Of a stretch of 64,000 nucleotides of DNA, positions 35,341 through 45,247 are shown piece after piece. The notes beneath the pieces were generated by a model, which had not been told where the DNA came from, did no database searches, and was given only the letters and a program-made list of their open reading frames with translations. The first letter of the stretch is position 1. The number at the start of each line of letters is the position of its first letter. Both the position numbers and the translations under genes were made by a program. Source of the stretch: Candidatus Aminicenantales bacterium (GTDB lineage: Bacteria > Acidobacteriota > Aminicenantia > Aminicenantales > UBA4085); contig JBEKTZ010000009.1 of the NCBI GenBank assembly GCA_049515535.1, forward strand, positions 1 to 64,000, read 5' to 3'.

Positions 35341-35522
35341 GACGAGCCTTCGGCTCGCCACTCGCCCGTGGCTTATATCCACGGGCGAGTACGGCAGAAC
35401 TGGACCCCCGGCAAAGCCCGGGGTCCCGGCCGCCGTCGAGCGGCCTCCCAAAGGATATGAACCGCTCGCGCAACTTTTCGGCAGTTGAATATTCATTATA
35501 ATTAAAGCCGGGGGGAAGTCAA
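35341..35522 (-). promoter_or_regulatory. Promoter and highly structured 5' leader (or IS200/605-like palindromic remnant)
   Basis: TTGACT-16-TATAAT (35522-35495) followed by five consecutive hairpins. Confidence 0.55.
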
Positions 35523-35528
35523 TTTATC

Positions 35529-36356
35529 TCAGGCTTTCTTTCTTTGGCAGCAGGGGCAGAAAAAGCTGCCGCGGCCGCCGATGACGCGGCGGACGACCCT
35601 CGCTCCGCAGCGCGGGCAGGGCAGGCCCCGTCGGCCATAGACTCGATGCTCTTCCTGGAAAAGGCCGTCCACGCCGTCGGCGTCTTTATAGTCGCGAATG
35701 GATGAGCCGCCGGCCGCGATCGCCTTTTTCAAGATGTCCCTGATGCCCGTCCAAAGCCGCGCGATCTCGACGGCCTTGAGGGAAGCAGCCGGCGTCAAGG
35801 GGTGCAGACGGGACGCGAACAAGATCTCGTCGGCGTAGATGTTCCCGATTCCCGCGAGAAATGACTGATCGAGGAGCAGACTTTTCAGCCTCCCCTTCCG
35901 GCGCGCGATCCGCTCGCCAAAATCGCGGATGTCAAGTTCCAAGGGCTCGGGCCCAAGGGCTCGAAGCTCGGCGCTTTCGTCCGGAAACGGAGTGTCCAGG
36001 AGCCGCAGAAACCCGAACTTGCGGACATCCCGGAAGCGAAGTTCGCGGTCCCGGTTTCTGAAGGACATCCGCAGGTGCGTGTGAGCATCGCGCCCGGCGC
36101 TCTTCCGCGCCCAATAAAACTGGCCCGTCATTTTAAGATGGAAGAGGAGATGAAGATCACCGGAGCAGGCGAGGAGGAGCATTTTTCCGCGGCGCTTGAC
36201 GCCGGTGACCGCCGCCCCCCGGAATTTCCGGAGCGCGGTCGCGTCGTCGTTTCTCAGGAGCTTCGGCAGAAACAGCTCGATTTCCGCGATCGTCAGGCCG
36301 ACGATCTTTTTGCGCAGGCTCGCCGCGATCGTCTCGACTTCGGGCAATTCCGGCAT
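35529..36356 (-). CDS. mutM: Formamidopyrimidine-DNA glycosylase
   Basis: MPELPEVE, HLKMTG, GIGNIYADE, C-terminal Zn finger. Confidence 0.97.
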   Translation of the reverse strand: MPELPEVETIAASLRKKIVGLTIAEIELFLPKLLRNDDATALRKFRGAAVTGVKRRGKMLLLACSGDLHLLFHLKMTGQFYWARKSAGRDAHTHLRMSFRNRDRELRFRDVRKFGFLRLLDTPFPDESAELRALGPEPLELDIRDFGERIARRKGRLKSLLLDQSFLAGIGNIYADEILFASRLHPLTPAASLKAVEIARLWTGIRDILKKAIAAGGSSIRDYKDADGVDGLFQEEHRVYGRRGLPCPRCGARVVRRVIGGRGSFFCPCCQRKKA

Positions 36357-36484
36357 GCCGCTATTCTACGTTCCGCGACGCCTTTTGAAAAGGGGACAGG
36401 GAATCATGTCCCCGAAACTGTACTACGGTCAGGCGTTTTAGTTCTTGATTTACGGCGGCGATTATTTTAATATCTTGACTTACC

Positions 36485-36862
36485 ATGAACATCCATAGCC
36501 TCCTGTTGTTCGTCGCGGGATGGATCGTCCCGGGACTGGGCCACGTCCTCCAGAAGAAATATTGGAGGGGGGGGATCTTTTTCGTCTCCATCCTGGCCAT
36601 GACGTTGATCGGCCTGTTCATGGGCGGCAAAATCTACGGCTTCCAGACCGAGAATCCCCTGACCATCCTCGCCTTTTTCGCCGACCTCGGCAACGGCCTC
36701 ATTTATCTCCTCGCCCGCCTGGCCCGATTCGGCCAGGGCCAAATGAAGGACATGCTCCGGATCACCTTCGAATACGGGACGGCCTATCTCGCCGGCGCCG
36801 GCCTGCTCAATTTCCTCATCGCCCTGGACGCTCTCGACATCGCCATAGGAAAAAAGAAATGA
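36485..36862 (+). CDS. Membrane protein (DUF6677-like)
   Basis: WIVPGLGH...AGLLN pattern. Confidence 0.7.
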   Translation: MNIHSLLLFVAGWIVPGLGHVLQKKYWRGGIFFVSILAMTLIGLFMGGKIYGFQTENPLTILAFFADLGNGLIYLLARLARFGQGQMKDMLRITFEYGTAYLAGAGLLNFLIALDALDIAIGKKK

Positions 36863-37038
36863 TCTTCGAAAGCCATCTTTTTTCCATGATCCTCTATGCC
36901 TTCTTCGTGGCCGTCGTGCTGGCCCTGCTCCGCCGTGAGGGGAATAAAGCGCGGATTCGATACGGGATTTTCCTTTTCCTCATCATGATCGGCGGCGCCT
37001 TCATCTTCGGCTGGATCATGTACCTCTTCACCCTGTGA
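36859..37038 (+). CDS. Small two-TM membrane protein
   Basis: ATGA overlap; MIFESHLFSMILYAFF...WIMYLFTL. Confidence 0.7.
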   Translation: MIFESHLFSMILYAFFVAVVLALLRREGNKARIRYGIFLFLIMIGGAFIFGWIMYLFTL

Positions 37039-37118
37039 TGGGCGGGGGCGCATCGCTTCGTCCTTCTTTTCCTCATAATCATCGCGATCGGCCGGATTAT
37101 TTGTTATAATTTCTCCGG

Positions 37119-37784
37119 ATGATCGAGCTTTATCACGTCTGGAAGCAGTATCAAAAGCCCCACTGGGCTCTCGCGGACGTCACCCTCTCGGTGAAAAAAG
37201 GGGAATTCTGCTTCATCACGGGCCAGAGCGGCTCGGGCAAGACGACGCTCCTCAAGACCATCTATCGCGAGGTCATCCCCACGGAAGGGCAGATCATCAT
37301 CGGCGGGAAGAACATCCTTCGGATACCCGACCACAAGATCTATTCCATCCGGCGGCATATGGGCATCGTCTTTCAGGACTTCCGCCTCCTCTTTCACAAA
37401 CGCGTCTTCGACAACGTGACGATCGCGTTGCGGGTTCTCGGCGCCGCGCCCCGGGACATGAAAAGAAAGGCGTTCATCGCCCTGCGCATGGTCAACCTTC
37501 ATCATAAAATCTGGGACTATCCGTCCCAGCTGTCCTACGGCGAACAGCAGAGGGTGGCCATCGCCCGGGCCGTCGTCAACAATCCCCGGATCCTCCTGGC
37601 CGATGAACCGACCGGCAACCTCGACCCGGCGCTGGCCCACGAGATCTTCGGCCTCTTCCGGGAAATCAATAAGCAGGGGACCACGGTCGTCATCTGCTCG
37701 CACGACAAGGAATTGATCCGCCGCTTCGGCGGCCGCGTCCTCTCCCTTCACGAGGGAAAACTTCACGGAAAGGATTCCCGTTGA
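37119..37784 (+). CDS. ftsE: Cell division ATP-binding protein FtsE
   Basis: GQSGSGKTT, VFQDFRLL, LSYGEQQR, ADEPTGNLD. Confidence 0.93.
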   Translation: MIELYHVWKQYQKPHWALADVTLSVKKGEFCFITGQSGSGKTTLLKTIYREVIPTEGQIIIGGKNILRIPDHKIYSIRRHMGIVFQDFRLLFHKRVFDNVTIALRVLGAAPRDMKRKAFIALRMVNLHHKIWDYPSQLSYGEQQRVAIARAVVNNPRILLADEPTGNLDPALAHEIFGLFREINKQGTTVVICSHDKELIRRFGGRVLSLHEGKLHGKDSR

Positions 37785-38680
37785 TTCTCCAAAAAGTGAA
37801 ATATTATACAAGGGAAGCGCTGCACAATCTGTGGCAATTCAAGACGCGCCATTTTTTTTCCCTGACCATCATCGGCCTGTCCTTCGTCATCATCGGCGTC
37901 TTTCTCTCCCTATCGAACAACCTGCGTTTCAGGGCCGGCGAGCTGTCGAAAAACTTGACCGTCGTTTTTTATCTCCATAAGAACGTGACGGCGTCCGAGC
38001 GCGGCCTGATCGAGGACGAGGTCCGTCGATCCCCTCTCGTCGGGGCCGTGCGCGCGGTCGGCCCGGAGGAGGCCTCGGATAAATTCGTCAAGGACTTTCC
38101 AGAGCTCAAGGACATCCTCCTCAACTTGAACGGCAGCCCCTTTCCCGCTTCGATCGAAGCCTCGCTCAAAGACCCCGGCCTATCCACCGAAAAAATCCTC
38201 CAGTTCATCGCCGAAGTGAGAAAGAACGCGAGCGTGGAAGACGTTCAGTTCAACCGGGATTGGGCCGATAAGATCCGCTCCCTCGGCCGCCTGGCCGAGG
38301 CCGTCGGGCTTTTCCTGGGAGGGATTCTCGTTCTCGCCTCGTTCTTCATCATTTCGAACGTCATCAAGCTCAACGTCCTCGCCCGGAAGTCCGAGATCGA
38401 AATCCTCCGCTTCGTGGGCGCCACCAACACGTTCATCCGGATTCCCTTTTTTCTCGAGGGCGTGATGTTGGGCGTCGCCGGCAGCGTGCTCTCGCTTCTG
38501 ATCGTTTTTATCCTCATCAAGATCTTTCCGTTCTATTTAGGCTCTTCGCTCGGGGCGCTCAAGGAGATCGTCGGCTTCCGTTATTTGACGCCGGCCCAGG
38601 CCCTCGCGCTTGTCTTCGGAGGCGGGAGCGTCGGCTTCCTGGGCGGCCTGAGTTCTCTCGCCCGCTTCCTGCGCATTTGA
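37781..38680 (+). CDS. ftsX: Cell division permease FtsX
   Basis: ISNVIKL...EIEILRFVGAT..FIRIPF; follows ftsE. Confidence 0.92.
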   Translation: MILQKVKYYTREALHNLWQFKTRHFFSLTIIGLSFVIIGVFLSLSNNLRFRAGELSKNLTVVFYLHKNVTASERGLIEDEVRRSPLVGAVRAVGPEEASDKFVKDFPELKDILLNLNGSPFPASIEASLKDPGLSTEKILQFIAEVRKNASVEDVQFNRDWADKIRSLGRLAEAVGLFLGGILVLASFFIISNVIKLNVLARKSEIEILRFVGATNTFIRIPFFLEGVMLGVAGSVLSLLIVFILIKIFPFYLGSSLGALKEIVGFRYLTPAQALALVFGGGSVGFLGGLSSLARFLRI

Positions 38681-38849
38681 GCACGAACAACATGAAAAGA
38701 AAGAAAGGGCCCATGTTCAAGGATTTGGCCCGCTGGAAAGGAAAAAGGCAGGGGGCGAAATTGCCTTATCCGGCGAAAGATCTGCCCGCGGCTGGGGGAA
38801 AAGCTCCGGAGTCGCCTCGACGAGATTGACAGTCCCGGGCCGCCTTCCG

Positions 38850-38878
38850 TTGACATAGCCTCCCCGTTAGCCTACAAT
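38850..38878 (+). promoter_or_regulatory. Putative sigma70 promoter
   Basis: TTGACA-17-TACAAT, 9 nt before ATG 38888. Confidence 0.6.
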
Positions 38879-38887
38879 TTTATAAAA

Positions 38888-39406
38888 ATGGCATCCCTCG
38901 GACAGGAACTTAAAAGAGAGCGCGAACTCCGCGCGGTTTCGCTCAAAGATATTTCGGGCCAGACCAGGATCAACGTCCGCTACCTCCAGGCCCTGGAAGA
39001 CGACAAGCTGGATCAACTGCCCGGCACGTTCTTCATCAAAAGCGTCCTCCGCTCCTATTCTAAATGCATCGGCGTCGATGAGAACTACTTCGTGAACAAA
39101 TACCACGAAGACGTCCTCATCCAGGAGGACGCTCAGGAGAAGGAACGCCGGAGAAACGAATTCGTTCCCTCCGAGCCAAAAAAAAAGAAAATCTGGCCCT
39201 GGATCCTGGCGCTCCTTCTGGCGATCATCGTGACGGCCTGCGCCGCGGCGTATGTCTTCATCATCAAACCGCAAAAGGACAACCGACCCGTCCTTCGGAA
39301 ACCGTCCGCCCCGGCGCTCGAACAAAAGATCACGCCGCCCGAACAACTCCGCATCGTCGATCCCGCCCCGCGGGAGAAGACCGCGGACAAGAAAGCCGGC
39401 CGCTGA
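38888..39406 (+). CDS. RodZ-like HTH membrane protein (short periplasmic part)
   Basis: LGQELKRERE...TRINVRYLQALE...LPG.FF..S HTH, single TM. Confidence 0.8.
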   Translation: MASLGQELKRERELRAVSLKDISGQTRINVRYLQALEDDKLDQLPGTFFIKSVLRSYSKCIGVDENYFVNKYHEDVLIQEDAQEKERRRNEFVPSEPKKKKIWPWILALLLAIIVTACAAAYVFIIKPQKDNRPVLRKPSAPALEQKITPPEQLRIVDPAPREKTADKKAGR

Positions 39407-39415
39407 CGACGAACC

Positions 39416-41578
39416 ATGGACAACCCGAAAAAGACAGGCTCTCGCGCGATCGGGGGCATCATCCTCATCCTCATCGTTCTTTTCCTGATCATCGATTTCT
39501 TCCTCCGCCGATCCACGATATTCTCGCCGACTAACGTCACCGATATCCTGCTCGTCCTGCTCCAGATCGTCGTTCTCCTTCTGGCCCTGATCCTCTTCTT
39601 CGTCCTCGGGCGGAACTTGATCAAGCTCTATCTCGAGCGCAAGCGGAAGGTCGCCGGTTCGCATTTCAAGACCAAGCTCGTGATTTTCTTCACCGCCCTG
39701 TCCTTCATCCCCACGCTCCTGCTCTTCCTCTTCACGAGCGACCTGATCAAGCGCAACATCGAGCAGTGGTTCAATCCCGACATCAACCGGATCCTCGACG
39801 ACGCCAAGAACGTGGCCGACGGATTCTATATCACGACCTCCGATCTCACGCTGCACTACGCCAAGCAGTTGAGCGCGGAGATCAAGCGCCAGAACCTGGT
39901 CGCGCCCGAGAATCGAGCGAAGCTCGAGGCCTTCATCCGGGCCAAGCTCGGCGAATACAACCTCGACGAGATCGGGATCTTTGTCGAGGACGAGGAGCTC
40001 TTTACCTATTTGAACCCCAACCTGCCTCTCCAGGATTACCAGGATCTCAAGGCCAACGCCATCAAGCTGGCCCATCTCGGCGAGACGGTCAACGATATCC
40101 GGCCCATGGGGACCGGCGAATTCGTGCGGAGGGGCGTCTCGGCCGGCCTCCCGAACATCGGGAACGTCCTGGTGACCACCGGCAAGTTCCTCCCTCAGAA
40201 TTACGCCCAGAAGATCAACACTCTGTCGGCCTTCGTCCAGAGATACCGCCAGCGCAGCCAGAAGGACATGTTCAAGACGGTCTATCTCATGACGCTCGTC
40301 TTCGTCACGATGCTGATTGTCTTCGCCGCGACCTGGATCGGCTTCCACATCGCCCGGAGCATCACCGTGCCGATCGAGAAGCTGGCCCAGGCGACGAAAG
40401 AAGTCTCCAAGGGCAACCTGACGGTCAGGGTCGAAGACCCGGCCTCGGACGAGATCGGGACGCTCATCGATTCTTTCAACCAAATGATCTTCGACCTCAA
40501 AGAAGGGCAGCAAAGCATCGCCCAGAAAACGGCCGAGCAGGAGGCCCGTAAACAGTACATCGAGACGATCCTTAACACCATCAACACGGGTGTCATCGCC
40601 CTGGACGCACAAGGGGCCATCACCACGATCAACCCCGCGGCGCACGATATGCTGGCGCTTCCGGATAAGTCCGTGGAGGGCCGTCATTTTAAGGACGTGC
40701 TGAGCCTCGACCTCTACAAAGACTTCATCAAGAACATCGACTCGGCCATGAAGGCCAAATACCGCCTCTCGGACAAAGAGATCCGGCTCGTGCTCAACGG
40801 CCAGCAGACGACCATTTCCCTGACTGTCTCGCCTCTCAAGCAACCGGGTCGGGAATTCTCCGGCATGATCATCGTCCTCGACGACCTGAGTCAGCTCATC
40901 AACGCCCAAAAAATCGCCGCGTGGAAGGAAGTGGCCCAGCGCGTCGCTCACGAAATCAAGAACCCGCTGACGCCCATCCAGCTCAACGCCGAGCGGATCA
41001 TCAAGAACCTCAAAAAAGCGGATCCCTCTTGCGGCGAGATCGTCGAGCAGGGCGCCCGGGTCATCATCCAGGAGGCCCAGACGATCAAGGCCCTTGTCGA
41101 CGAATTCTCGGATTTCGCCCGCCTGCCCAAGATCAACTTCCAGCCGGCCTCCCTTCACGACATCATCGGCCAGGTCGTGACGATGTTCCGCGGCATTTTC
41201 GCCGACGTCCAGTTCGAAGTGGCGTTCTCCGAGGCCGTGCCGGCCTCTCTCCAACTCGATACGGAGCAGATGAAGCGGGTTTTTATCAATCTGATCGACA
41301 ATGCTATTGACGCCATGAATAAAAAAGGTAAAATCTCCATTCACACATTTTACGTTCACGAGGCCCATCAGGTGAAAATCGAAGTTGCGGACACGGGACC
41401 CGGCATCCCGATCGAGGACAAGGACAGGCTTTTCCTCCCCCATTTCTCGACGAAGAAGAAGGGGACCGGGCTGGGGCTGGCCATCGTCAGCCAGATCATC
41501 AAGGAGCATAACGGATCCGTCCAGGCGCAGAACAACCGGCCGAACGGAGCCAAATTCATTATCGAGCTGCCCGCATGA
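39416..41578 (+). CDS. NtrY-like sensor histidine kinase (HAMP-PAS-HisKA-HATPase)
   Basis: AWKEVAQRVAHEIKNPLTPIQL, NLIDNA, GTGLGL. Confidence 0.9.
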   Translation: MDNPKKTGSRAIGGIILILIVLFLIIDFFLRRSTIFSPTNVTDILLVLLQIVVLLLALILFFVLGRNLIKLYLERKRKVAGSHFKTKLVIFFTALSFIPTLLLFLFTSDLIKRNIEQWFNPDINRILDDAKNVADGFYITTSDLTLHYAKQLSAEIKRQNLVAPENRAKLEAFIRAKLGEYNLDEIGIFVEDEELFTYLNPNLPLQDYQDLKANAIKLAHLGETVNDIRPMGTGEFVRRGVSAGLPNIGNVLVTTGKFLPQNYAQKINTLSAFVQRYRQRSQKDMFKTVYLMTLVFVTMLIVFAATWIGFHIARSITVPIEKLAQATKEVSKGNLTVRVEDPASDEIGTLIDSFNQMIFDLKEGQQSIAQKTAEQEARKQYIETILNTINTGVIALDAQGAITTINPAAHDMLALPDKSVEGRHFKDVLSLDLYKDFIKNIDSAMKAKYRLSDKEIRLVLNGQQTTISLTVSPLKQPGREFSGMIIVLDDLSQLINAQKIAAWKEVAQRVAHEIKNPLTPIQLNAERIIKNLKKADPSCGEIVEQGARVIIQEAQTIKALVDEFSDFARLPKINFQPASLHDIIGQVVTMFRGIFADVQFEVAFSEAVPASLQLDTEQMKRVFINLIDNAIDAMNKKGKISIHTFYVHEAHQVKIEVADTGPGIPIEDKDRLFLPHFSTKKKGTGLGLAIVSQIIKEHNGSVQAQNNRPNGAKFIIELPA

Positions 41579-42936
41579 ACCAGGAACACATCCTCGTTAT
41601 CGACGACGAAACCAGCATCCGCTCCTCGCTCCAGGGAATCCTGGAGGACGAGGGGTTTTCCGTCCAGACCGCCAGAACTGGCGAGGACGGGCTGGCCCTT
41701 CTCAAGACCCGGAATTTCGGCCTCGTCCTTCTCGACATCTGGCTCCCGGAAATGAACGGCATCGACGTTCTCCGCCAGATCCGCTTGCTCGAAGAGCACC
41801 CCAAGGTCGTCGTCATCTCGGGTCACGGCACCGTGGAGACGGCGGTCAAAGCGACGAAGCTCGGCGCGTTCGACTTCCTCGAGAAGCCGCTCTCGCTCGA
41901 AAAGGTCGTCCTGACCGTCAAGAACGCGCTGCGGCAGTACAAGCTCGAGCAGGAGAATATCCAGCTCCGTGAGCGCGTCAAGGCCCGTTATCACCTCGTC
42001 GGCAAGAGCGCCCCGATCCAGAAGCTTCGGGCCGAAGTCAAAAAAGCCGCCCCGACGAACGGCCGCGTCCTCATCTGGGGCGAGAACGGCTCGGGGAAGG
42101 AGCTCGTCGCGCATCTCATCCACCAGCTGAGCAAGAGGAAGGAGAAGCGGTTTATCGAGATCAACTGCGCGGCCATTCCCGACGACCTCATCGAAAGCGA
42201 GCTCTTCGGCTACCTCAAAGGTCATACCGCCCACGCCGCCAAGGACAAGCGCGGGAAACTCCTTCTCGCCGACGGCGGAACGCTCTTCCTCGACGAGATC
42301 GGCGACATGAGCCTGAAGACGCAGGCCAAGCTGGTCAAAGCCGTGATCGAACAGAAATTCGAGCCCCTCGGGTCGAACGACACCGTGAAATTCGACGCGC
42401 GTATCATCGCCGCCACGAGCAAGAACCCGAAGGACCTGATCTCTCAAGGCAAATTCCGGGAGGACCTGTTTTTCAAGCTCAACGTCATCCCGATGCATAT
42501 CCCCCCCCTCAGGGAGCGGACCGAGGACATCCCCCTGTTGATTCACTATTTCCTGAAATATTATTCGCTCGAATACGGCAAGAAGCCGAAGACGATGACC
42601 AAAGAGGCGCAGAAGGCCTTCCTCAACTACGCCTGGCCCGGCAACGTCAGCGAGCTCATGAACGTCATCGAACGCTTCGTGATCATGGTCGAGGACGAGG
42701 CGATCGATGTCGCCCATCTCAACCTTCTCGTCGAAACGCGGGAGCAGGAGCAGACCCCCGGCCTCCAGCCGTTTCCGTCCCTCGGGCAGGCCACCCGGAG
42801 CTTCGAGCGGAAATTCATCCTGCGGACGCTCCTCAAGAACAACTGGGACATGCCCAAGACCGCGGCCGAGCTCGACATCCGGCCCGACGCGCTCAAAGAC
42901 AAGATCAAAGCCTATCAGATCACTTTTCTCGATTGA
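41575..42936 (+). CDS. NtrX-like response regulator (REC-AAA+-HTH)
   Basis: LDIWLP, GENGSGKE, LFLDEIGD, WPGNV. Confidence 0.9.
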   Translation: MNQEHILVIDDETSIRSSLQGILEDEGFSVQTARTGEDGLALLKTRNFGLVLLDIWLPEMNGIDVLRQIRLLEEHPKVVVISGHGTVETAVKATKLGAFDFLEKPLSLEKVVLTVKNALRQYKLEQENIQLRERVKARYHLVGKSAPIQKLRAEVKKAAPTNGRVLIWGENGSGKELVAHLIHQLSKRKEKRFIEINCAAIPDDLIESELFGYLKGHTAHAAKDKRGKLLLADGGTLFLDEIGDMSLKTQAKLVKAVIEQKFEPLGSNDTVKFDARIIAATSKNPKDLISQGKFREDLFFKLNVIPMHIPPLRERTEDIPLLIHYFLKYYSLEYGKKPKTMTKEAQKAFLNYAWPGNVSELMNVIERFVIMVEDEAIDVAHLNLLVETREQEQTPGLQPFPSLGQATRSFERKFILRTLLKNNWDMPKTAAELDIRPDALKDKIKAYQITFLD

Positions 42937-42946
42937 CCACGGCGCC

Positions 42947-43684
42947 ATGCCCATCGACCGAGCGGAAGCCATCGTCCTACGGACGTACAACATCGGGGAC
43001 CAGGACAAGATCGTCCTCTTTCTCAGCCGGGACAAAGGCGTAATCCGGGGCGTGGCCAAGGGCGCCCGCAAGTTCGGGAACCGTTTCGGGAGCGCCCTCG
43101 AACCCATGTCCCACGTGACCGTCTTCTTTTACGAGAAGGAGCGCCGGGAGCTGGTCACGGTGAGCAACTGCGACCTCATCGAATCCTTTTTCGAGATCCA
43201 ATCGGACCTGAAGGCCGCTCTGGCGGTTTCTTATTTCGCCGAGCTCATCGAGGAGTTCGTGCCGGGGCGCGTGCGGGAGGATGTCATCTTCCGCCTCCTG
43301 CATTCCATCTTGCAGGCGCTTGCCCGGAAAGGCGACATCGGCCTGCTGACCCGGTACTTCGAGGCCTGGGTCCTCCAGGTCAACGGTTACCTGCCGGATG
43401 TCCATCGCTGCAAGAAATGCCGGAGGGCGCTCGGAGAAACCGGCTGGCTTTCGCCGAAAAGGGACGGCATCTATTGCGACGCCTGCGCGCCGGCGCGGAA
43501 GGACGAGATCGGAGGGGAGCTGCCGCGCTTTCTCGACTGGGCCCGGAAAAACCCGCCTTCAAAATCCGGGGAAAGCCCCTTCACTCCGGCCGAGCTCAGG
43601 GCCGTCCAGAAAAGCCTGCAGGCGATGATCGTCTATCACCTGGAGCGGGAGCCGAAGAGCCTCCGCTACATCAAAGACGGATGA
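42947..43684 (+). CDS. recO: DNA repair protein RecO (start ATG 42947)
   Basis: AIVLR...DKIV...GVAKGAR..GNRFGSALEP; Zn finger. Confidence 0.92.
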   Translation: MPIDRAEAIVLRTYNIGDQDKIVLFLSRDKGVIRGVAKGARKFGNRFGSALEPMSHVTVFFYEKERRELVTVSNCDLIESFFEIQSDLKAALAVSYFAELIEEFVPGRVREDVIFRLLHSILQALARKGDIGLLTRYFEAWVLQVNGYLPDVHRCKKCRRALGETGWLSPKRDGIYCDACAPARKDEIGGELPRFLDWARKNPPSKSGESPFTPAELRAVQKSLQAMIVYHLEREPKSLRYIKDG

Positions 43685-43699
43685 GCTGAACAGGGACGA

Positions 43700-44578
43700 T
43701 CACTTAAAAAAATACAGAATGCCGACCGCGGTCGCGATCCACAGGACGATCGCGGCGGCCAGCGGCTTGTCCTTCAAGATCAACTCCTCGGGGCTTCCGC
43801 CCAGTCCTTTCTTGTGAACCAGGTAAAGATAGCGGAAGATCCCGTAGAGGACGAAGGGCGTCGTGTAGATGAGGTGCGAGGTCCCGAATTTTTTGATCGT
43901 GTCCTCGGAAATCGTGTACAGACAATAGGCGATGACCGTCGAGGCCGTCACGACGGAAATCATCTGGTCGAGAAGGTAGGCGTTGTATTCCTTGAGAATG
44001 GGCCTGTGGCTCGCGGCGTTCTCTTCGAGGAGCACGAGCTCGTGCCGCCTCTTGCTCAGAGCGATGAAGAGAGCCAGCAGCGTCGTGCAGATCAGGAGCC
44101 AGGACGACAGCGGCACGTCGATGACCAGGCCGCCCGCGACGACGCGGATGACGAAACCCGAAGCGACCAGGAAGACGTCCAGGATCACGACATGTTTGAG
44201 CTTGAGCGAATAAGCGATCTGAAGGGAAAAATAGACCGCCGCCGCGGCGAAAAATCCCGTGTTCAAGACATACGCGCAGCCCAGGCTGGCCACGGCGAAA
44301 ACGACGGCCAAGGCGATCGCCGGCGGCCGTCCGACCCGGCCGGCCGCGATCGGGCGCCGCGATTTGTTGGGATGGAGACGGTCCTCCTTGAAATCGAGGA
44401 CGTCGTTGACGAGGTAGAGCGCCCCCGAAAGGAAACAGAAGATCGCGAACGCGGCCGCCGTCCGCATCAAGAGGGGAACGTCGGTTATTTTCCGGGAAAA
44501 GATCAGCGCGGCGAAGACGAAAAAGTTTTTGGTCCACTGGGCCGGCCGAATGGAATGGATGACGTCCCTGATGTTCAA
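43700..44578 (-). CDS. UbiA-family prenyltransferase (decaprenyl-phosphate phosphoribosyltransferase-like)
   Basis: RPAQWTKN, YLVND..D..EDRLHP.K..RPIAAG, KRRHE. Confidence 0.88.
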   Translation of the reverse strand: MNIRDVIHSIRPAQWTKNFFVFAALIFSRKITDVPLLMRTAAAFAIFCFLSGALYLVNDVLDFKEDRLHPNKSRRPIAAGRVGRPPAIALAVVFAVASLGCAYVLNTGFFAAAAVYFSLQIAYSLKLKHVVILDVFLVASGFVIRVVAGGLVIDVPLSSWLLICTTLLALFIALSKRRHELVLLEENAASHRPILKEYNAYLLDQMISVVTASTVIAYCLYTISEDTIKKFGTSHLIYTTPFVLYGIFRYLYLVHKKGLGGSPEELILKDKPLAAAIVLWIATAVGILYFFK

Positions 44579-44704
44579 TCGTTCCTCTCTTGCCTTTTCA
44601 TTCTATTCAAAACGCCGTTTTTCTGCAAAGAAAAATTCTCCGGAGGACGCGAAATAAAGGGATGAACGAATCGGGCGACCCGAGGAATTTCGGAGCGCTC
44701 TTCG

Positions 44705-45073
44705 TCAGAAGTCCGTAGTCGGAGTGAAGCTCGAAGAGTTCTTGTTGATATAGAGGAGCAGGATCCGGATGGCTATAAAGATGATGCCGCCGGCCATGGC
44801 GATGGAATAGAACGTCAGAAACGAGACGTACAAGATGGATTTTCTCCGGCTCAGATCCTGGGAGAAGAGCAGGTCGGTGACAGTTTTACCGAAGAGAATG
44901 ATCATGATGACGACGGCCCCGGCCGCCCGGTAAAAATACTCCATGGACTTGAGGAGATCGACTTCTTTGAGGGTGATCAAGGGCATGATGAGCCAGGCCG
45001 TGAAGACCCAGACGAGAAATATATAGAGGGTCCTCATTTCCTTCTTGCTCAGGATGGTCTTGATATCTTCCAT
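44705..45073 (-). CDS. Hypothetical membrane protein
   Basis: Three hydrophobic segments; host-like codon usage. Confidence 0.65.
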   Translation of the reverse strand: MEDIKTILSKKEMRTLYIFLVWVFTAWLIMPLITLKEVDLLKSMEYFYRAAGAVVIMIILFGKTVTDLLFSQDLSRRKSILYVSFLTFYSIAMAGGIIFIAIRILLLYINKNSSSFTPTTDF

Positions 45074-45247
45074 TTGATAGAAGCATATTCCTCATGGAGA
45101 CCGGAGTCAAATGAATTCATCCGGATCGGGCCGCGGGCCCCCCTCCATCCGGGAGGAGAATCAAGGGATGATGTCCCAAAAACATCCGGCAATCGGAGGA
45201 TGTCCCCATTCCCATGAAAATAGAGTAAAATAGAGCGCTGTTCGATC

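Noticed and set aside
36388..36413. GGGGACAG...TGTCCCC REP-like hairpin
   Set aside because: Single short copy; not enough to define a repeat family in this window.
38690..38830. Possible riboswitch between ftsX and the rodZ-like gene
   Set aside because: No convincing match to c-di-GMP or other aptamer consensus, and it lies upstream of the predicted promoter.
38867..41509. 880-aa minus-strand ORF and similar long antisense ORFs (24617-26068, 26065-27609, 41368-43107, 54979-56265)
   Set aside because: Shadow frames of well-supported genes on the opposite strand in GC-rich DNA; no motifs.
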